Virus record (IMG/VR): IMGVR_UViG_3300030109_000603
Location: 1-55,061 of that record
Reading direction: 5' to 3' (one strand)
Origin: a virus
Taxonomy: Duplodnaviria; Caudoviricetes
Length of the DNA stretch: 55,061 nucleotides
The stretch's first letter is position 1; each line of letters opens with the position of its first letter. A model generated the notes under the pieces. The model was not told the origin of the DNA and searched no databases. It saw nothing but the letters and a program-made list of their open reading frames with translations. Shown here piece after piece: positions 46,023 through 55,061 of the stretch. The translations under genes were made by a program, and so were the position numbers.

Positions 46023-47036
46023 ATGGGATGGAGTTGGGCAGGAGCTTTAAGTGGCATTGATAAGATGCAAGAAAAAGCTTTAAAACAAAAAGAATTAGAA
46101 GATGAACGTGAACAAAGCTTACTTGGTTTATATCTTGCTAAGTTAGAGAAACAAGCAGCAACTAAAACTGGTGATAAGTATCGTAATGCTGCACAGTCTG
46201 CAATGAAACTACAAAAAAGAATTAGTGGTGCAGATCTTAGTGAGGAAGATTTAGCTTTCTTTAATAATATTATTGATGATCCATTTGCTGCAGAAGAGGT
46301 TCTTAACTTCTTAGATACTAATGTTGGTGTTACAGGAGCACCTATTCCATTATCGGATGTCAGATCAATGATGAATATTGTTCAATCTAATATCCCTGAA
46401 GAAGAAAAGATAGATTACATGAGTTTAATTACTGGTGCTGATCTTTCTGATAAAAGTAAATACTATGAACTAGCTACACAGTTAACTAATATTACTACTA
46501 CTCCGGGTCGTACAATTCTTACTGATGTTAAACCTGAAGCTAGGGTTATACCAAAAACTCAAGAAGAACTTTTTGAAAGACAGTTAGGTATCGTTTCAGG
46601 TAATCTATTAAGAAATGCTAAACAATTTGTTAAAGATCAAAATTATGATACTAACAATCAACAAGTTGTTAAGATACAAAGTGCTATTGATATGATTAAT
46701 AGTGGTAATAAAGATTCTATTCAGGTTGGTAGAGAAATATTAATGGAAGAATATTTAACTCCTGAAAACTTTAGACAAGACTTTTTAGAAAACCACCCTG
46801 ATGCGTTTAGAGGATGGGAGAAAAACTATTACTTACCACCTTCGTTAAAAGCTGGATCAGAACCTACTGAAACACCTGCACCAAAACCAAAAGCAACCTC
46901 AGTACCTGAAGCAGCTATAGATGATTTACTTCAAAACAGAAGTGACCCACAAGTTATAAAAGACTTTAATGATGCCTTTGGTCACTTAGGAACTTCAGCA
47001 GAAGAATATATAAGACAAAGAACACGAGAGCGATAA
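46023..47036 (+). CDS. Internal virion protein (putative)
   Basis: Position, helical content. Confidence 0.6.
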   Translation: MGWSWAGALSGIDKMQEKALKQKELEDEREQSLLGLYLAKLEKQAATKTGDKYRNAAQSAMKLQKRISGADLSEEDLAFFNNIIDDPFAAEEVLNFLDTNVGVTGAPIPLSDVRSMMNIVQSNIPEEEKIDYMSLITGADLSDKSKYYELATQLTNITTTPGRTILTDVKPEARVIPKTQEELFERQLGIVSGNLLRNAKQFVKDQNYDTNNQQVVKIQSAIDMINSGNKDSIQVGREILMEEYLTPENFRQDFLENHPDAFRGWEKNYYLPPSLKAGSEPTETPAPKPKATSVPEAAIDDLLQNRSDPQVIKDFNDAFGHLGTSAEEYIRQRTRER

Positions 47037-50000
47037 TGACAAATTACTTTGATAAGTATCTTGAAACAGAGCCTGTAGATACTGAAGAAGAAGAAGAAAA
47101 GGATCGTGAAAACTACTTTGATAAATATATAACAGAAGATATTAAAGTAGATTCTTCTCCTGCATTACCAGAGGCTGGTACATATACTCAAGATGACATA
47201 GTAGAAAATGACTATGCCTATTCTATTGTAGAGGGGTATATGCGTGACAGATATGGTGATGAATCTATAAAAGATGAAACCAAAGAATCTGTTGTTGATA
47301 GTTTTTTAAATAATCGTAGAGGTGTAGTATCAGGAAACTCCGTAAGGGGTTTAGCTGAGATGGATTACATTAACGACATAAAAGATGATGCAGATAAAAA
47401 GGCTAGGGCCGCTAAAGCATACCAGTTGTATGAGAATATGGCTGGTATTTTTAGTAAAGAAACATCTTTTGCTGAAAAAGCTGAAGGACTAATGGACTTT
47501 AGTAGAAGTGTAATACTTGATCCAGTAAACCTTGTTGGTGGTTTAATTGGTAAAGCTGTTGCTGGTGGATCTCTTCGTGTAGGAACTAAGGGCGCACAAA
47601 AAGTTGCTCTTGAAGCAATGAAAAAAGAAGCTACAAAAGAGACAGCTAAAAAAGTAGGCACTAAAGTATTTAGTGATGGAGTAAAAGCTGCACGTACTGC
47701 CACTAAAGGTAAGATAGCTGCATACTCACAAAATGTATTAGGTAAAACTGCAGCACAAAGACTAGCTACTAGGGCAGCTATTACAGAGATAGGTGTTGTA
47801 ACTAGTATTGATGCTATGGTTGGTGCAGGTACAGAATATATGTATCAAGAAGGTATGGTTGATGTAGAAGCACAAGAGGATATCAGTTATTTGTCAGTAG
47901 GTATTGCTGCACTTGGTGGTATTCTTCTTGGTGGAGTTCAAGCAGGATTAATTGCTAGACGAGGTGTATCAGATACAGCATTACCTAGTACACTAATACC
48001 TGAAGGAAAGACTGAGGGTTTTGTTTCTGAAGTATCTAAAACTATTGATAATTATGTAAAACAAGATAAAGTAGAAATAGGTAGAGATTGGAAAACAAAA
48101 TTAAAAAGTGGTGCAGTACTATCTAAAGATAGTAAAGATTTTGGTGTAGAGTTTGTACAAAACTTATTGTTTGGTCATGCTGATGAAGAAGGTAATGTTA
48201 TCTTAAAGGGTATGACTCAGGTTGCATATGAACGTGGATTCGTATGGGCTAAACGTTTTGAAGATGATAAATTTAGTAACTGGATGGCAGATCTAATTGC
48301 TGAAGTAAGTGATAAAGAAGCTCAAGGACTACTACGTTCTATAGAAAAAGCAACTGGCAATAAAATTAAGGTTCGAGGTGATGATGGTAAGATCATACCA
48401 AGATCTAAAGTTACTGGTCGTGACATAGGCGATATCTTTGCTTACAAACTATCTGAAGCAGGTACTGCACTTGGTGCAGCAGGTAATTCAGCCAGACAAT
48501 TAGGTATGTCTATTACTGATAAAGAGCTTAAAGATTTATACGACTCAGCTATAGATGGTGGCTTTGTAAAAGATCCTAAAGCAAAGCCCTCTGAACCTAG
48601 TAAGTTTATGGAAGGTAGTGCTAAACTTCAAAATAGATTGATCAGACTACTTGTTGCACATCCATCTACCAGTGCATTAAATGTAATTGGTTGGGGTGCT
48701 AATAGTGCATTACAAAGTGCATCAGATATGTCTGTAGCATTAATCTATGCAGGTAAAGGTACGCTACAAAAACTTGCTGGTGAGGTAGAAAAAGGTGCTA
48801 ATACACAACGTATAGCTAAAGCACTTATAGAAGCTAACGCACAAAGAGTTAGATTTTTATTAGATGCTGATATGACTTATACCGCTTTTGAATCAGCACT
48901 ACAAAGAAACTCTGAAGCTTTAGAAAAATTAAACAGTGTTCTTCCCGGTGGGATAGAAAACACAAATCAACTTTTAACTGGTGGTAAGTTTAGTGTAGAT
49001 CAAAAGCTTACTGGTTTAGCTATTGATGATAAGATTGATTTAATTCAAAAACTATCTTTAGTGCAAGCACAAGATGCATTTACTAAGTCGCAAGAGTTTT
49101 TATTTCAGATGGATAAAAAACTTAGAATTGCTACAGGTAAAGGTTGGAATGATTTTTATCGGTCAAAAAACATTGGAGATATGACACTTCAAAAGTACAT
49201 GGCATCAAAAGAATATCGTGATATAGAAGCTAGTGCTGTTGATGATACAATAGAAGCAATATTCTCTAAGTCGTATAAGGCTAGTGATGGTATAGGTAAA
49301 CTGGCTGGTTATTTAGAAGATGCCAGAAACATGCCGGGTCTTGGTATGATGGTTCCTTTTGGAAGATTTTTTAATAACACTTTAGGTTTCTTAGGTAAGA
49401 ACACTACAGGTGTAAATGTCTTATTAAAAATGGCAGGTAAGTATGAAAATATGTCATACGAGGAAGCGGTATCTAGGTCACTAGTTACTGCTGGTATTAT
49501 CTATCAACTGTCTGAACAAGAAATAAAAAATATAGGTCAAGGCTTACCTATGTATGCAGGTCAAGATCCTTTAACAGGTGAAACGTTTAGTCAACAGTAT
49601 GACTTTCCTGTTTCAGCATACAGGGCTGCAGCAAGAATTGTTGCATTAAGTAGAATGGGTGAAAGTGAACAAGCTTTAAAAGCTTTCGGTCAATTTACTC
49701 AAGACTTTGGCCTTTCAGGTTTGCTTAGAAACTTAGATAAGACACAACGTGATACATTAGAAGCTATTAAATTTATGGCTGATCCTGAAAGAAGAGATGT
49801 AATTAAAGGTATGGAAATAGTTCGTAATACCTTAGCAACTCAGTACGTTAACCCATTGATCAGACCACTAGAACCATTAAATATTCTAGCTGGTGTTGCA
49901 AGGGGTGAGGATGCAGCACCAATTGATAGGGTTCAAAATAATAAATTAATTAACAATGCATTTCGTTATGTTGATAATATTATTCCTCTGTTTACAGGTA

Positions 50001-50551
50001 AACCACTAGCAGAGCCTAGAGAGACTGCAGCAGGTGGTAGGGCTGATATACAATCAACTAAAGTATTGGGTGCTAGAATCATTAGACTTACTGACACACA
50101 ACGTGTAATGAATAAAATGGGTCTTAGAGATTTTGATTTAAATACTGCTAAGAAGATAAGAGATCAAGCACCTAAAGCAGCTAATGCTCTTAATGGTATT
50201 GTGTTTGATATTATGGAAGCTGAGTCTAGCCTACTATTAGAAAGTAGTTGGTTCGATAAATTAACTCAACAAGAAAAACTAGATCATTGGAATGGTGATG
50301 TTGTACCAAGAGTAAAAGACTTAGCTAAAACATTTTTAAGAATGCAATACTCTGGTCCTGAAGAAGTAATATCATTACAGTACGACATAACATCTAAGCA
50401 CTCTAAAAAAGATATTGAAAAAGCTAGAAAAGAATTAGACTTAGAGGAAATAGAAGATTTAGAACAAAGTGAACTGTTTATTTTACAACAGTATTTAAAA
50501 ACTGAAAAGTCGTTAAGGGATATGTCAAGATTCCAAAAGATGACACAATAG
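47036..50551 (+). CDS. Large internal virion protein (T7 gp16-like position)
   Basis: 1171 aa, last gene of structural arm, hydrophobic segments. Confidence 0.65.
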   Translation: MTNYFDKYLETEPVDTEEEEEKDRENYFDKYITEDIKVDSSPALPEAGTYTQDDIVENDYAYSIVEGYMRDRYGDESIKDETKESVVDSFLNNRRGVVSGNSVRGLAEMDYINDIKDDADKKARAAKAYQLYENMAGIFSKETSFAEKAEGLMDFSRSVILDPVNLVGGLIGKAVAGGSLRVGTKGAQKVALEAMKKEATKETAKKVGTKVFSDGVKAARTATKGKIAAYSQNVLGKTAAQRLATRAAITEIGVVTSIDAMVGAGTEYMYQEGMVDVEAQEDISYLSVGIAALGGILLGGVQAGLIARRGVSDTALPSTLIPEGKTEGFVSEVSKTIDNYVKQDKVEIGRDWKTKLKSGAVLSKDSKDFGVEFVQNLLFGHADEEGNVILKGMTQVAYERGFVWAKRFEDDKFSNWMADLIAEVSDKEAQGLLRSIEKATGNKIKVRGDDGKIIPRSKVTGRDIGDIFAYKLSEAGTALGAAGNSARQLGMSITDKELKDLYDSAIDGGFVKDPKAKPSEPSKFMEGSAKLQNRLIRLLVAHPSTSALNVIGWGANSALQSASDMSVALIYAGKGTLQKLAGEVEKGANTQRIAKALIEANAQRVRFLLDADMTYTAFESALQRNSEALEKLNSVLPGGIENTNQLLTGGKFSVDQKLTGLAIDDKIDLIQKLSLVQAQDAFTKSQEFLFQMDKKLRIATGKGWNDFYRSKNIGDMTLQKYMASKEYRDIEASAVDDTIEAIFSKSYKASDGIGKLAGYLEDARNMPGLGMMVPFGRFFNNTLGFLGKNTTGVNVLLKMAGKYENMSYEEAVSRSLVTAGIIYQLSEQEIKNIGQGLPMYAGQDPLTGETFSQQYDFPVSAYRAAARIVALSRMGESEQALKAFGQFTQDFGLSGLLRNLDKTQRDTLEAIKFMADPERRDVIKGMEIVRNTLATQYVNPLIRPLEPLNILAGVARGEDAAPIDRVQNNKLINNAFRYVDNIIPLFTGKPLAEPRETAAGGRADIQSTKVLGARIIRLTDTQRVMNKMGLRDFDLNTAKKIRDQAPKAANALNGIVFDIMEAESSLLLESSWFDKLTQQEKLDHWNGDVVPRVKDLAKTFLRMQYSGPEEVISLQYDITSKHSKKDIEKARKELDLEEIEDLEQSELFILQQYLKTEKSLRDMSRFQKMTQ

Positions 50552-50578
50552 ATAAGGGGGCTTGCGCCCCCTTTATTT
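50552..50578. terminator. Bidirectional terminator between convergent arms
   Basis: AAGGGGGC-TTGC-GCCCCCTT with A/T flanks. Confidence 0.85.
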
Positions 50579-50795
50579 ATTCTATATCATCGTCTAGCAT
50601 ATAGTCTGCCCACTCATATGCTTCACGTTTTATATCTGCCTTATGTGTATGACCCGAAGATCTAGACAACAATGCCGCCATAGCTTGACCAGCCATAAAC
50701 CTACGTGCAGTTAGTGGCTTGGTTTTAGTTGGCGGCTTTTTGTTTTTCTGCCTGTATTTTTTGGCTTCCTCTTCTAAGTTTAAGTTTTTGCTCAT
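50577..50795 (-). CDS. Hypothetical protein
   Basis: AGQAMAALL...AYEWADYML motif. Confidence 0.7.
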   Translation of the reverse strand: MSKNLNLEEEAKKYRQKNKKPPTKTKPLTARRFMAGQAMAALLSRSSGHTHKADIKREAYEWADYMLDDDIE

Positions 50796-50937
50796 GTAGT
50801 TTTACCTTCTCAAGGTTAAGGAAGTAGGCTTTGTTAAAGCCCAACTCCCAATCCCTGTTTTGTTTTGTATTTGTAGGGTGGGGATTACCCAGCTTACCAG
50901 TTTTAAAAGCTTTCATACCTGCATCATATGGTTTCAT
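50725..50937 (-). CDS. Rmf/CrpP-fold-like small protein
   Basis: G..AF..G...NP......W..GF pattern. Confidence 0.5.
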   Translation of the reverse strand: MKPYDAGMKAFKTGKLGNPHPTNTKQNRDWELGFNKAYFLNLEKVKLHEQKLKLRRGSQKIQAEKQKAAN

Positions 50938-51167
50938 TTATGCATCTCCTTCATAACTTCCAACATTTTTCGTAAGTACCATTCAGCTTTTTCCATATCC
51001 TCAACAGGTTTATTTTTGTAACCATGTCGATGTTGATATTTAATTAAGTTACCATGACAATAACCTTTAAACTCTTGTGGTGTTAAGACTTGTTTAATGT
51101 AATCAATACATTCAATACCATCACCTAGTTTGTAATGTGCTGGATTGTTTACAGGATCATAACTCAT
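50934..51167 (-). CDS. DUF3310 (T7 gp1.7/SaV-like) protein
   Basis: DPVNNPAHY, IECID, GNLIKY, EDMEKAEWY. Confidence 0.85.
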   Translation of the reverse strand: MSYDPVNNPAHYKLGDGIECIDYIKQVLTPQEFKGYCHGNLIKYQHRHGYKNKPVEDMEKAEWYLRKMLEVMKEMHK

Positions 51168-51637
51168 TTGATTTCTACTAGCTCCGCTTCTGTGTAAGGG
51201 ATGTGAAAGAAGTGTTCATAACGTCTAGCATTGGTTAGCCATACTTCCTTTGCACAATCTTTTGTAAGTTGAAAGTCTTTGATTCTCCATGCTTGTTTAC
51301 AGTCATTACGTATTACGTAAAAGTTACAATAAGTATTGTTACCTTCTACATCTTTATATTTATTTATAAGTCTGTACTTTCGGTAAGGTATACGTATTTC
51401 TTTCCACTTAGGGTTCCAATCACCTCTCCACTGATTCTTCATTTCTACTTCAGAAAAGTACATACCATTTTTCTTTTCACTTTTTATGTCAAAAGAAAAG
51501 TCTTCTTCAGTGTCAAGGATAGTATGCCCATGACTTTCTAAGTAACTTGTTATTGCATTCTTAGCTTTACTGTCATTTTCCTTATACGATTGAGGTTGAA
51601 ACTTTCTGTAGTACGATCCTTTAATTGGTTGTAACAT
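51164..51637 (-). CDS. Putative PD-(D/E)XK-fold protein
   Basis: FSFDI...SEVEMK; probable start MLQPIK with AAGGAAG RBS. Confidence 0.6.
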   Translation of the reverse strand: MLQPIKGSYYRKFQPQSYKENDSKAKNAITSYLESHGHTILDTEEDFSFDIKSEKKNGMYFSEVEMKNQWRGDWNPKWKEIRIPYRKYRLINKYKDVEGNNTYCNFYVIRNDCKQAWRIKDFQLTKDCAKEVWLTNARRYEHFFHIPYTEAELVEIK

Positions 51638-51666
51638 TACGCTTCCTTTTTGTAGTGAGATTTGAA

Positions 51667-51855
51667 TTATATACTTTCTGGTATTTGAAAGCAATAGGTA
51701 TTTACAGTTGCATCTGGTGCAGGTCTAGTACTCATTAATCGTTGTCGCATACTTTGACTTACTTGAGTACAGGTTTCCCAATTTGGGAACAGGGAGGGAA
51801 AAGACTGAACTCTTACATCACCTTGAAAACTCATAATGAGTACTAAAACATACAT
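51667..51855 (-). CDS. Small hypothetical protein
   Basis: AGGAG RBS; hydrophobic N-terminus, two Cys. Confidence 0.65.
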   Translation of the reverse strand: MYVLVLIMSFQGDVRVQSFPSLFPNWETCTQVSQSMRQRLMSTRPAPDATVNTYCFQIPESI

Positions 51856-51866
51856 ATTATTCTCCT

Positions 51867-53774
51867 TTAGGTTATATCTACTATTTCACACACATCTCCA
51901 GTACATGCCATTGTTTGCATTGAAACTGTGTTGTCTTCACTTTCATATGCAGCAAGCTTAGTCCAATCAATTTTATCTGGCATACAAGATAACAAAGTTT
52001 TGTAATCGTGTTTACCTATCTCTTGATAGGGTGCTTGTTGATATGTGTGTTCATTATAAGGTAAGAAAGATACACCTGACATTTCATCAAAGTGCTCATA
52101 AACAAATGCACCTACCTCGAACCATTCTTCTTTTTTAACATTGATTGTAACACTAGGTTTATGTTCACACCAATGCCGTTGGTAAGTTAGCCACATTTCT
52201 AATTGCTCTATAGCAGTCATATCTGACGTTACGACAGAGCCTTTAGGCGACTGAACAGGAAAGCTGAATACTGTTGTTTGATCTGGCTTCATAACACAAG
52301 GCTCACTAGGTATCCTCTGATCAATCATAAACTGTGTTAGTGGATCTTTATTATCACCACGGACAGTACGGATATAATAGGAACTATGGCGAGCATGTAT
52401 GCCAGAGGAACTATCCACCAGTTGTGATACCGTTCCCGAAGGTTTGCAACATGTAATCGCAGTAGCAACAGGTATACCAAGACGGTCAGCCCATTCAGCA
52501 TTAGTAGAAATAGCAACGCTACGAAGATGTTCAAGAGTCTTATCCAATCCTTTATTCTTTTTAGTCATTAACGGGTTATCCATTATCCCTGTGAGTGACA
52601 CACCAAGCAGTCGTTCTTCTTCTGTATTTCTAGACCACACCTTTCGCAAGTAGGGGAATTTAGTGTATGTGGATTGGATAGTTCCCAGAATTGTTGCCAG
52701 ACGGACTTTTCGTTCAAGATCATCCAGACTGTCTGTGGCACGGACAACAACCTCTGTAAGATTACAGAACTGATATGGACGCAAAATGATTTCACTGCAT
52801 GGGTTAGTTCCAAACTCGTAGTCTGTATTACGTCTGCCATTTTTAGCAGCTTGTGTTTTACTTGCTTGACGGTTAAATACGCCACGTTCACCACTCCCTG
52901 ATTCTACTAATGCCATCCACTCTCGCATGAAAGATACAGCATCTGGTTTCTCTGTGTATGCCACAGAATTATTAGCTAAGGCACGTTGTGGATCATTCTC
53001 CCACCAAGCACCTGACTTAGCATGACGCATACGGTCATCGCTTAGATTAGATAGAGATATCATTGCTGATCTACGCACTCCACCTACTACAACTACCTCA
53101 CCAATCTTACACATGATGTCATGGCATTCAATGCTAGATAATTTACGTCCTTGTGCAGATCTAAATGTATTAGTTACAAAATTAAATAGATCTACAAGAG
53201 GTGCAGGGCCAGAGGCTCTACCACCAAATGTCTTTAGTTTAGCACCAGCAGGTCGAACTTTAGACACATCCCACTTGGGAACCTCACCACTATATAGGAG
53301 TGCAATCAATTGTCTAAGACCCTTAGCCCAAGCTTCCTTGGAGTCACCAACAACAATAGTAGTCTCACTGTCGAACAAGTCAGGAACCTCTGGGAGCTTG
53401 CTGATGAACTGCCGTTCAACACTGAAGCCGACACCAGTACCACAGAGAAGGACGAACATAGCTTCATCGAAGGACTTAGGGTCATCTACGGGTAGATAGC
53501 TACAGTTATACATACAAGTGTTATCACGGTTAGCAGCAGGACCAGCAGTCATCATTGCTCTCATAGATGGCATAACTTCTAGACCAAGGATAGCTTGCTC
53601 TATTTCTTCTGCAGTATGTGGGTTATCATCATTAATAACTGGCCCGACAATATTATCTACATAACGAGATACTGTTTCATCCCATGTTTCTCTTCGTCCT
53701 TCTTCTTCTAGCCATCGTGCATATCGTGAGGTATGAATGAATGCTTGATAGTCTGTTGGTAAATAGTTGTTCAT
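51867..53774 (-). CDS. nrdJ: Class II (B12-dependent) ribonucleotide reductase
   Basis: TNPCSEI, VVVGGVRRSA, KPSGTVSQL, C-terminal CTGDVC; no small-subunit gene. Confidence 0.92.
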   Translation of the reverse strand: MNNYLPTDYQAFIHTSRYARWLEEEGRRETWDETVSRYVDNIVGPVINDDNPHTAEEIEQAILGLEVMPSMRAMMTAGPAANRDNTCMYNCSYLPVDDPKSFDEAMFVLLCGTGVGFSVERQFISKLPEVPDLFDSETTIVVGDSKEAWAKGLRQLIALLYSGEVPKWDVSKVRPAGAKLKTFGGRASGPAPLVDLFNFVTNTFRSAQGRKLSSIECHDIMCKIGEVVVVGGVRRSAMISLSNLSDDRMRHAKSGAWWENDPQRALANNSVAYTEKPDAVSFMREWMALVESGSGERGVFNRQASKTQAAKNGRRNTDYEFGTNPCSEIILRPYQFCNLTEVVVRATDSLDDLERKVRLATILGTIQSTYTKFPYLRKVWSRNTEEERLLGVSLTGIMDNPLMTKKNKGLDKTLEHLRSVAISTNAEWADRLGIPVATAITCCKPSGTVSQLVDSSSGIHARHSSYYIRTVRGDNKDPLTQFMIDQRIPSEPCVMKPDQTTVFSFPVQSPKGSVVTSDMTAIEQLEMWLTYQRHWCEHKPSVTINVKKEEWFEVGAFVYEHFDEMSGVSFLPYNEHTYQQAPYQEIGKHDYKTLLSCMPDKIDWTKLAAYESEDNTVSMQTMACTGDVCEIVDIT

Positions 53775-54157
53775 CGGTTATCCCCACTTCCTTTTAGTAC
53801 GCCACGTTGTTGTCTATCGTTTAACTTATCCATGTTCATTTCCATGATCTTACGTAAGTTACCACCGAAAATATTTGATAGTGCTACTGTATAAAATAAT
53901 ACGTCACCTAGTTCTTTTAAAACTTCTTCATCTGAAAACTTACCCTTGTCTCTGAATATCTTTTTTATCTTTTCTGATACCTCTCCAGCCTCACCAACAA
54001 GACCCAAAGTATTTTCAATCAACCTCTCACGTCCTTTAGTAAATATTTTATCCTCTACAAATTGACTGTAAAAACGTACAGGATCTTTATCATAGTCGGG
54101 GCTGTTCTGAAACATATCAAAATACCCAAAAGCTTCTAGGTCAGTCTTATTTATCAT
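53771..54157 (-). CDS. mazG: MazG-like nucleotide pyrophosphohydrolase
   Basis: GLVGEAGEVSEKIKK, ELGDVLFY, GSGDNR. Confidence 0.88.
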   Translation of the reverse strand: MINKTDLEAFGYFDMFQNSPDYDKDPVRFYSQFVEDKIFTKGRERLIENTLGLVGEAGEVSEKIKKIFRDKGKFSDEEVLKELGDVLFYTVALSNIFGGNLRKIMEMNMDKLNDRQQRGVLKGSGDNR

Positions 54158-54320
54158 TTGGCGTTACCTCACAATTCTTTACGGTTATGTCATCTAAATC
54201 ATACAAGCAATCTTGTATCATCTCCTGAAGTACATCTAAGTCATGTGCAATACTTCGATCTACCCCAAGAAAGTTTGCATCAGGATCTACTTTAATATTA
54301 ATAGTAACTTCATAATGCAT
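54147..54320 (-). CDS. Small hypothetical protein (MHYEVTINIKVDPDANF..., 57 aa)
   Basis: Manual translation; GGAG RBS directly after a promoter. Confidence 0.6.
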   Translation of the reverse strand: MHYEVTINIKVDPDANFLGVDRSIAHDLDVLQEMIQDCLYDLDDITVKNCEVTPNDK

Positions 54321-54330
54321 ATCGGAAACT

Positions 54331-54362
54331 CCTAGTTATACTCATTTAGAACTCCATGTCAA
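54331..54362 (-). promoter_or_regulatory. Promoter TTGACA-N16-TATAACTAGG for the mazG-nrdJ unit
   Basis: Shared promoter class. Confidence 0.75.
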
Positions 54363-54592
54363 TCTTCAAATTCGAGTTCTATTGGCTCAATATTTTTTTG
54401 AAAATATTTTACCATTTCGTAAGCGTCATTAAAGCTATCGAAAAAATATTCCATTGACTCTACCTTGCCATCAATCTCTATCTTACACAAATTAAAATGC
54501 ACATCTTCTACACCGGGAAGATCACATGGGTACGGCCCTGATATAACATCCCAAATCTTAACTTGTTTATTTCTAAGGTCACTGTTTGTCAT
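54359..54592 (-). CDS. Hypothetical protein
   Basis: Acidic ORF in operon. Confidence 0.6.
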   Translation of the reverse strand: MTNSDLRNKQVKIWDVISGPYPCDLPGVEDVHFNLCKIEIDGKVESMEYFFDSFNDAYEMVKYFQKNIEPIELEFED

Positions 54593-54929
54593 CTTTATTC
54601 CTAAGCAATTGTATATAGTGATCTAACTCAGTTACTACCAACCATTTCTGTCTATCAGAACGATAGAAAACTACAGGTGGATTATCTGTATGATTGTCTG
54701 CTTGTGACATCCAAGCATATACTGTTTTTAAAGCTGACTTTCTCCTTTTAACTTCTATTGATATAGGTATTAACTTACGTGCTGCAGGTGATAGCTGTAT
54801 ATCTGCACCAGTATCACCCATAACTGTTGACTTGATATCATCAGGCTCAAGTTCAGGAAATGCCTGTAGTAAAGCATCTCTGATTTCTTGTTGGCCTAAT
54901 CTACCCTTCTGTTTAGCTTGCTTACTCAA
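54579..54929 (-). CDS. Holliday junction resolvase-like PD-(D/E)XK nuclease
   Basis: AKQKGRLGQQ, GADI, IEVKRR. Confidence 0.75.
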   Translation of the reverse strand: MSKQAKQKGRLGQQEIRDALLQAFPELEPDDIKSTVMGDTGADIQLSPAARKLIPISIEVKRRKSALKTVYAWMSQADNHTDNPPVVFYRSDRQKWLVVTELDHYIQLLRNKDDKQ

Positions 54930-54962
54930 TCTATTAACTCAGGTACTTTGGGCTTCTTAACC
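54926..54962 (-). CDS. 3' end of the Cas4-like nuclease across the circular junction (...VKKPKVPELID*)
   Basis: Frame continues from position 1 through the overlap to TGA at 54926-54928. Confidence 0.8.
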
Positions 54963-55061
54963 ACATCTATTAAGTACTCCTTACGTCCACCAGCATACTG
55001 AAACACTCTTGCTTCAGGCCAGCATGTCTTACGATACTCACAACCAGAACAAGCATAAGAA
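54963..55061 (+). repeat. Terminal overlap copy B
   Basis: Matches 1-99 apart from the last base. Confidence 0.95.

Larger units (their letters stand above)
1..55061. mobile_element. Complete podovirus-like bacteriophage genome (~54,962 bp unique), probably temperate, marine alphaproteobacterial type
   Basis: Terminase, portal, capsid, tail, PolA, primase-helicase and integrase are all present; no cellular housekeeping genes; ends overlap by 99 nt. Confidence 0.95.

Noticed and set aside
51867-53774. Intein or intron in nrdJ, polA or terL
   Set aside because: ORFs are continuous, of ordinary length, and lack splice or homing-endonuclease motifs
106-54960. Numerous antisense or nested ORFs in the track (e.g. 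2166-2483, 32113-32544, 36057-36437, 53113-53499)
   Set aside because: Shadows of well-supported genes on the opposite strand or frame, with no RBS or motifs
54963-55061. Biological direct terminal repeat
   Set aside because: It falls mid-gene and has a k-mer-like length (99), so it is better explained as assembly overlap

Overview
The window appears to be a complete, circularly assembled ~54.96 kb podovirus-type phage genome: the last 99 bases repeat the first 99, except for one synonymous mismatch. It has two divergent arms. The minus-strand arm runs from 13.6 kb down to 1 and wraps through 55 kb to 50.6 kb. It carries small early genes, a tyrosine integrase, ThyX, a T7-like primase-helicase, family A DNA polymerase, SSB, a Cas4-like nuclease split across the contig ends, a resolvase-like nuclease, MazG and a class II ribonucleotide reductase. 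The plus-strand arm (14.5-50.55 kb) carries lysis genes, a cluster of small Lys-rich proteins, terminase, portal, scaffold, capsid, tail, tail fibre and large internal virion proteins. No RNA polymerase, tRNA or CRISPR array was seen. Gene content and order suggest a marine alphaproteobacterial (roseobacter-type) phage that combines cobavirus-like replication genes with HMO-2011-like morphogenesis genes; this is inference and was not searched. The most interesting unexplained signals are: (1) seven copies of a 17-bp palindrome TC(T/A)CGGA-N3-TCCG(T/A)GA seen only at early-gene junctions, with no recognisable repressor; (2) a recurring [FYM]-x-x-G-G peptide motif at apparent domain boundaries of giant virion proteins and tandemly repeated in a small basic protein; (3) a dense array of ~10 mini-hairpins at the probable genome end; (4) a 16-bp-spacer TTGACA...TATAACTA promoter class; and (5) host-like DUF1127, porin-like and Rmf-like genes. 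All family assignments come from motifs recognised by eye; no database searches were run.
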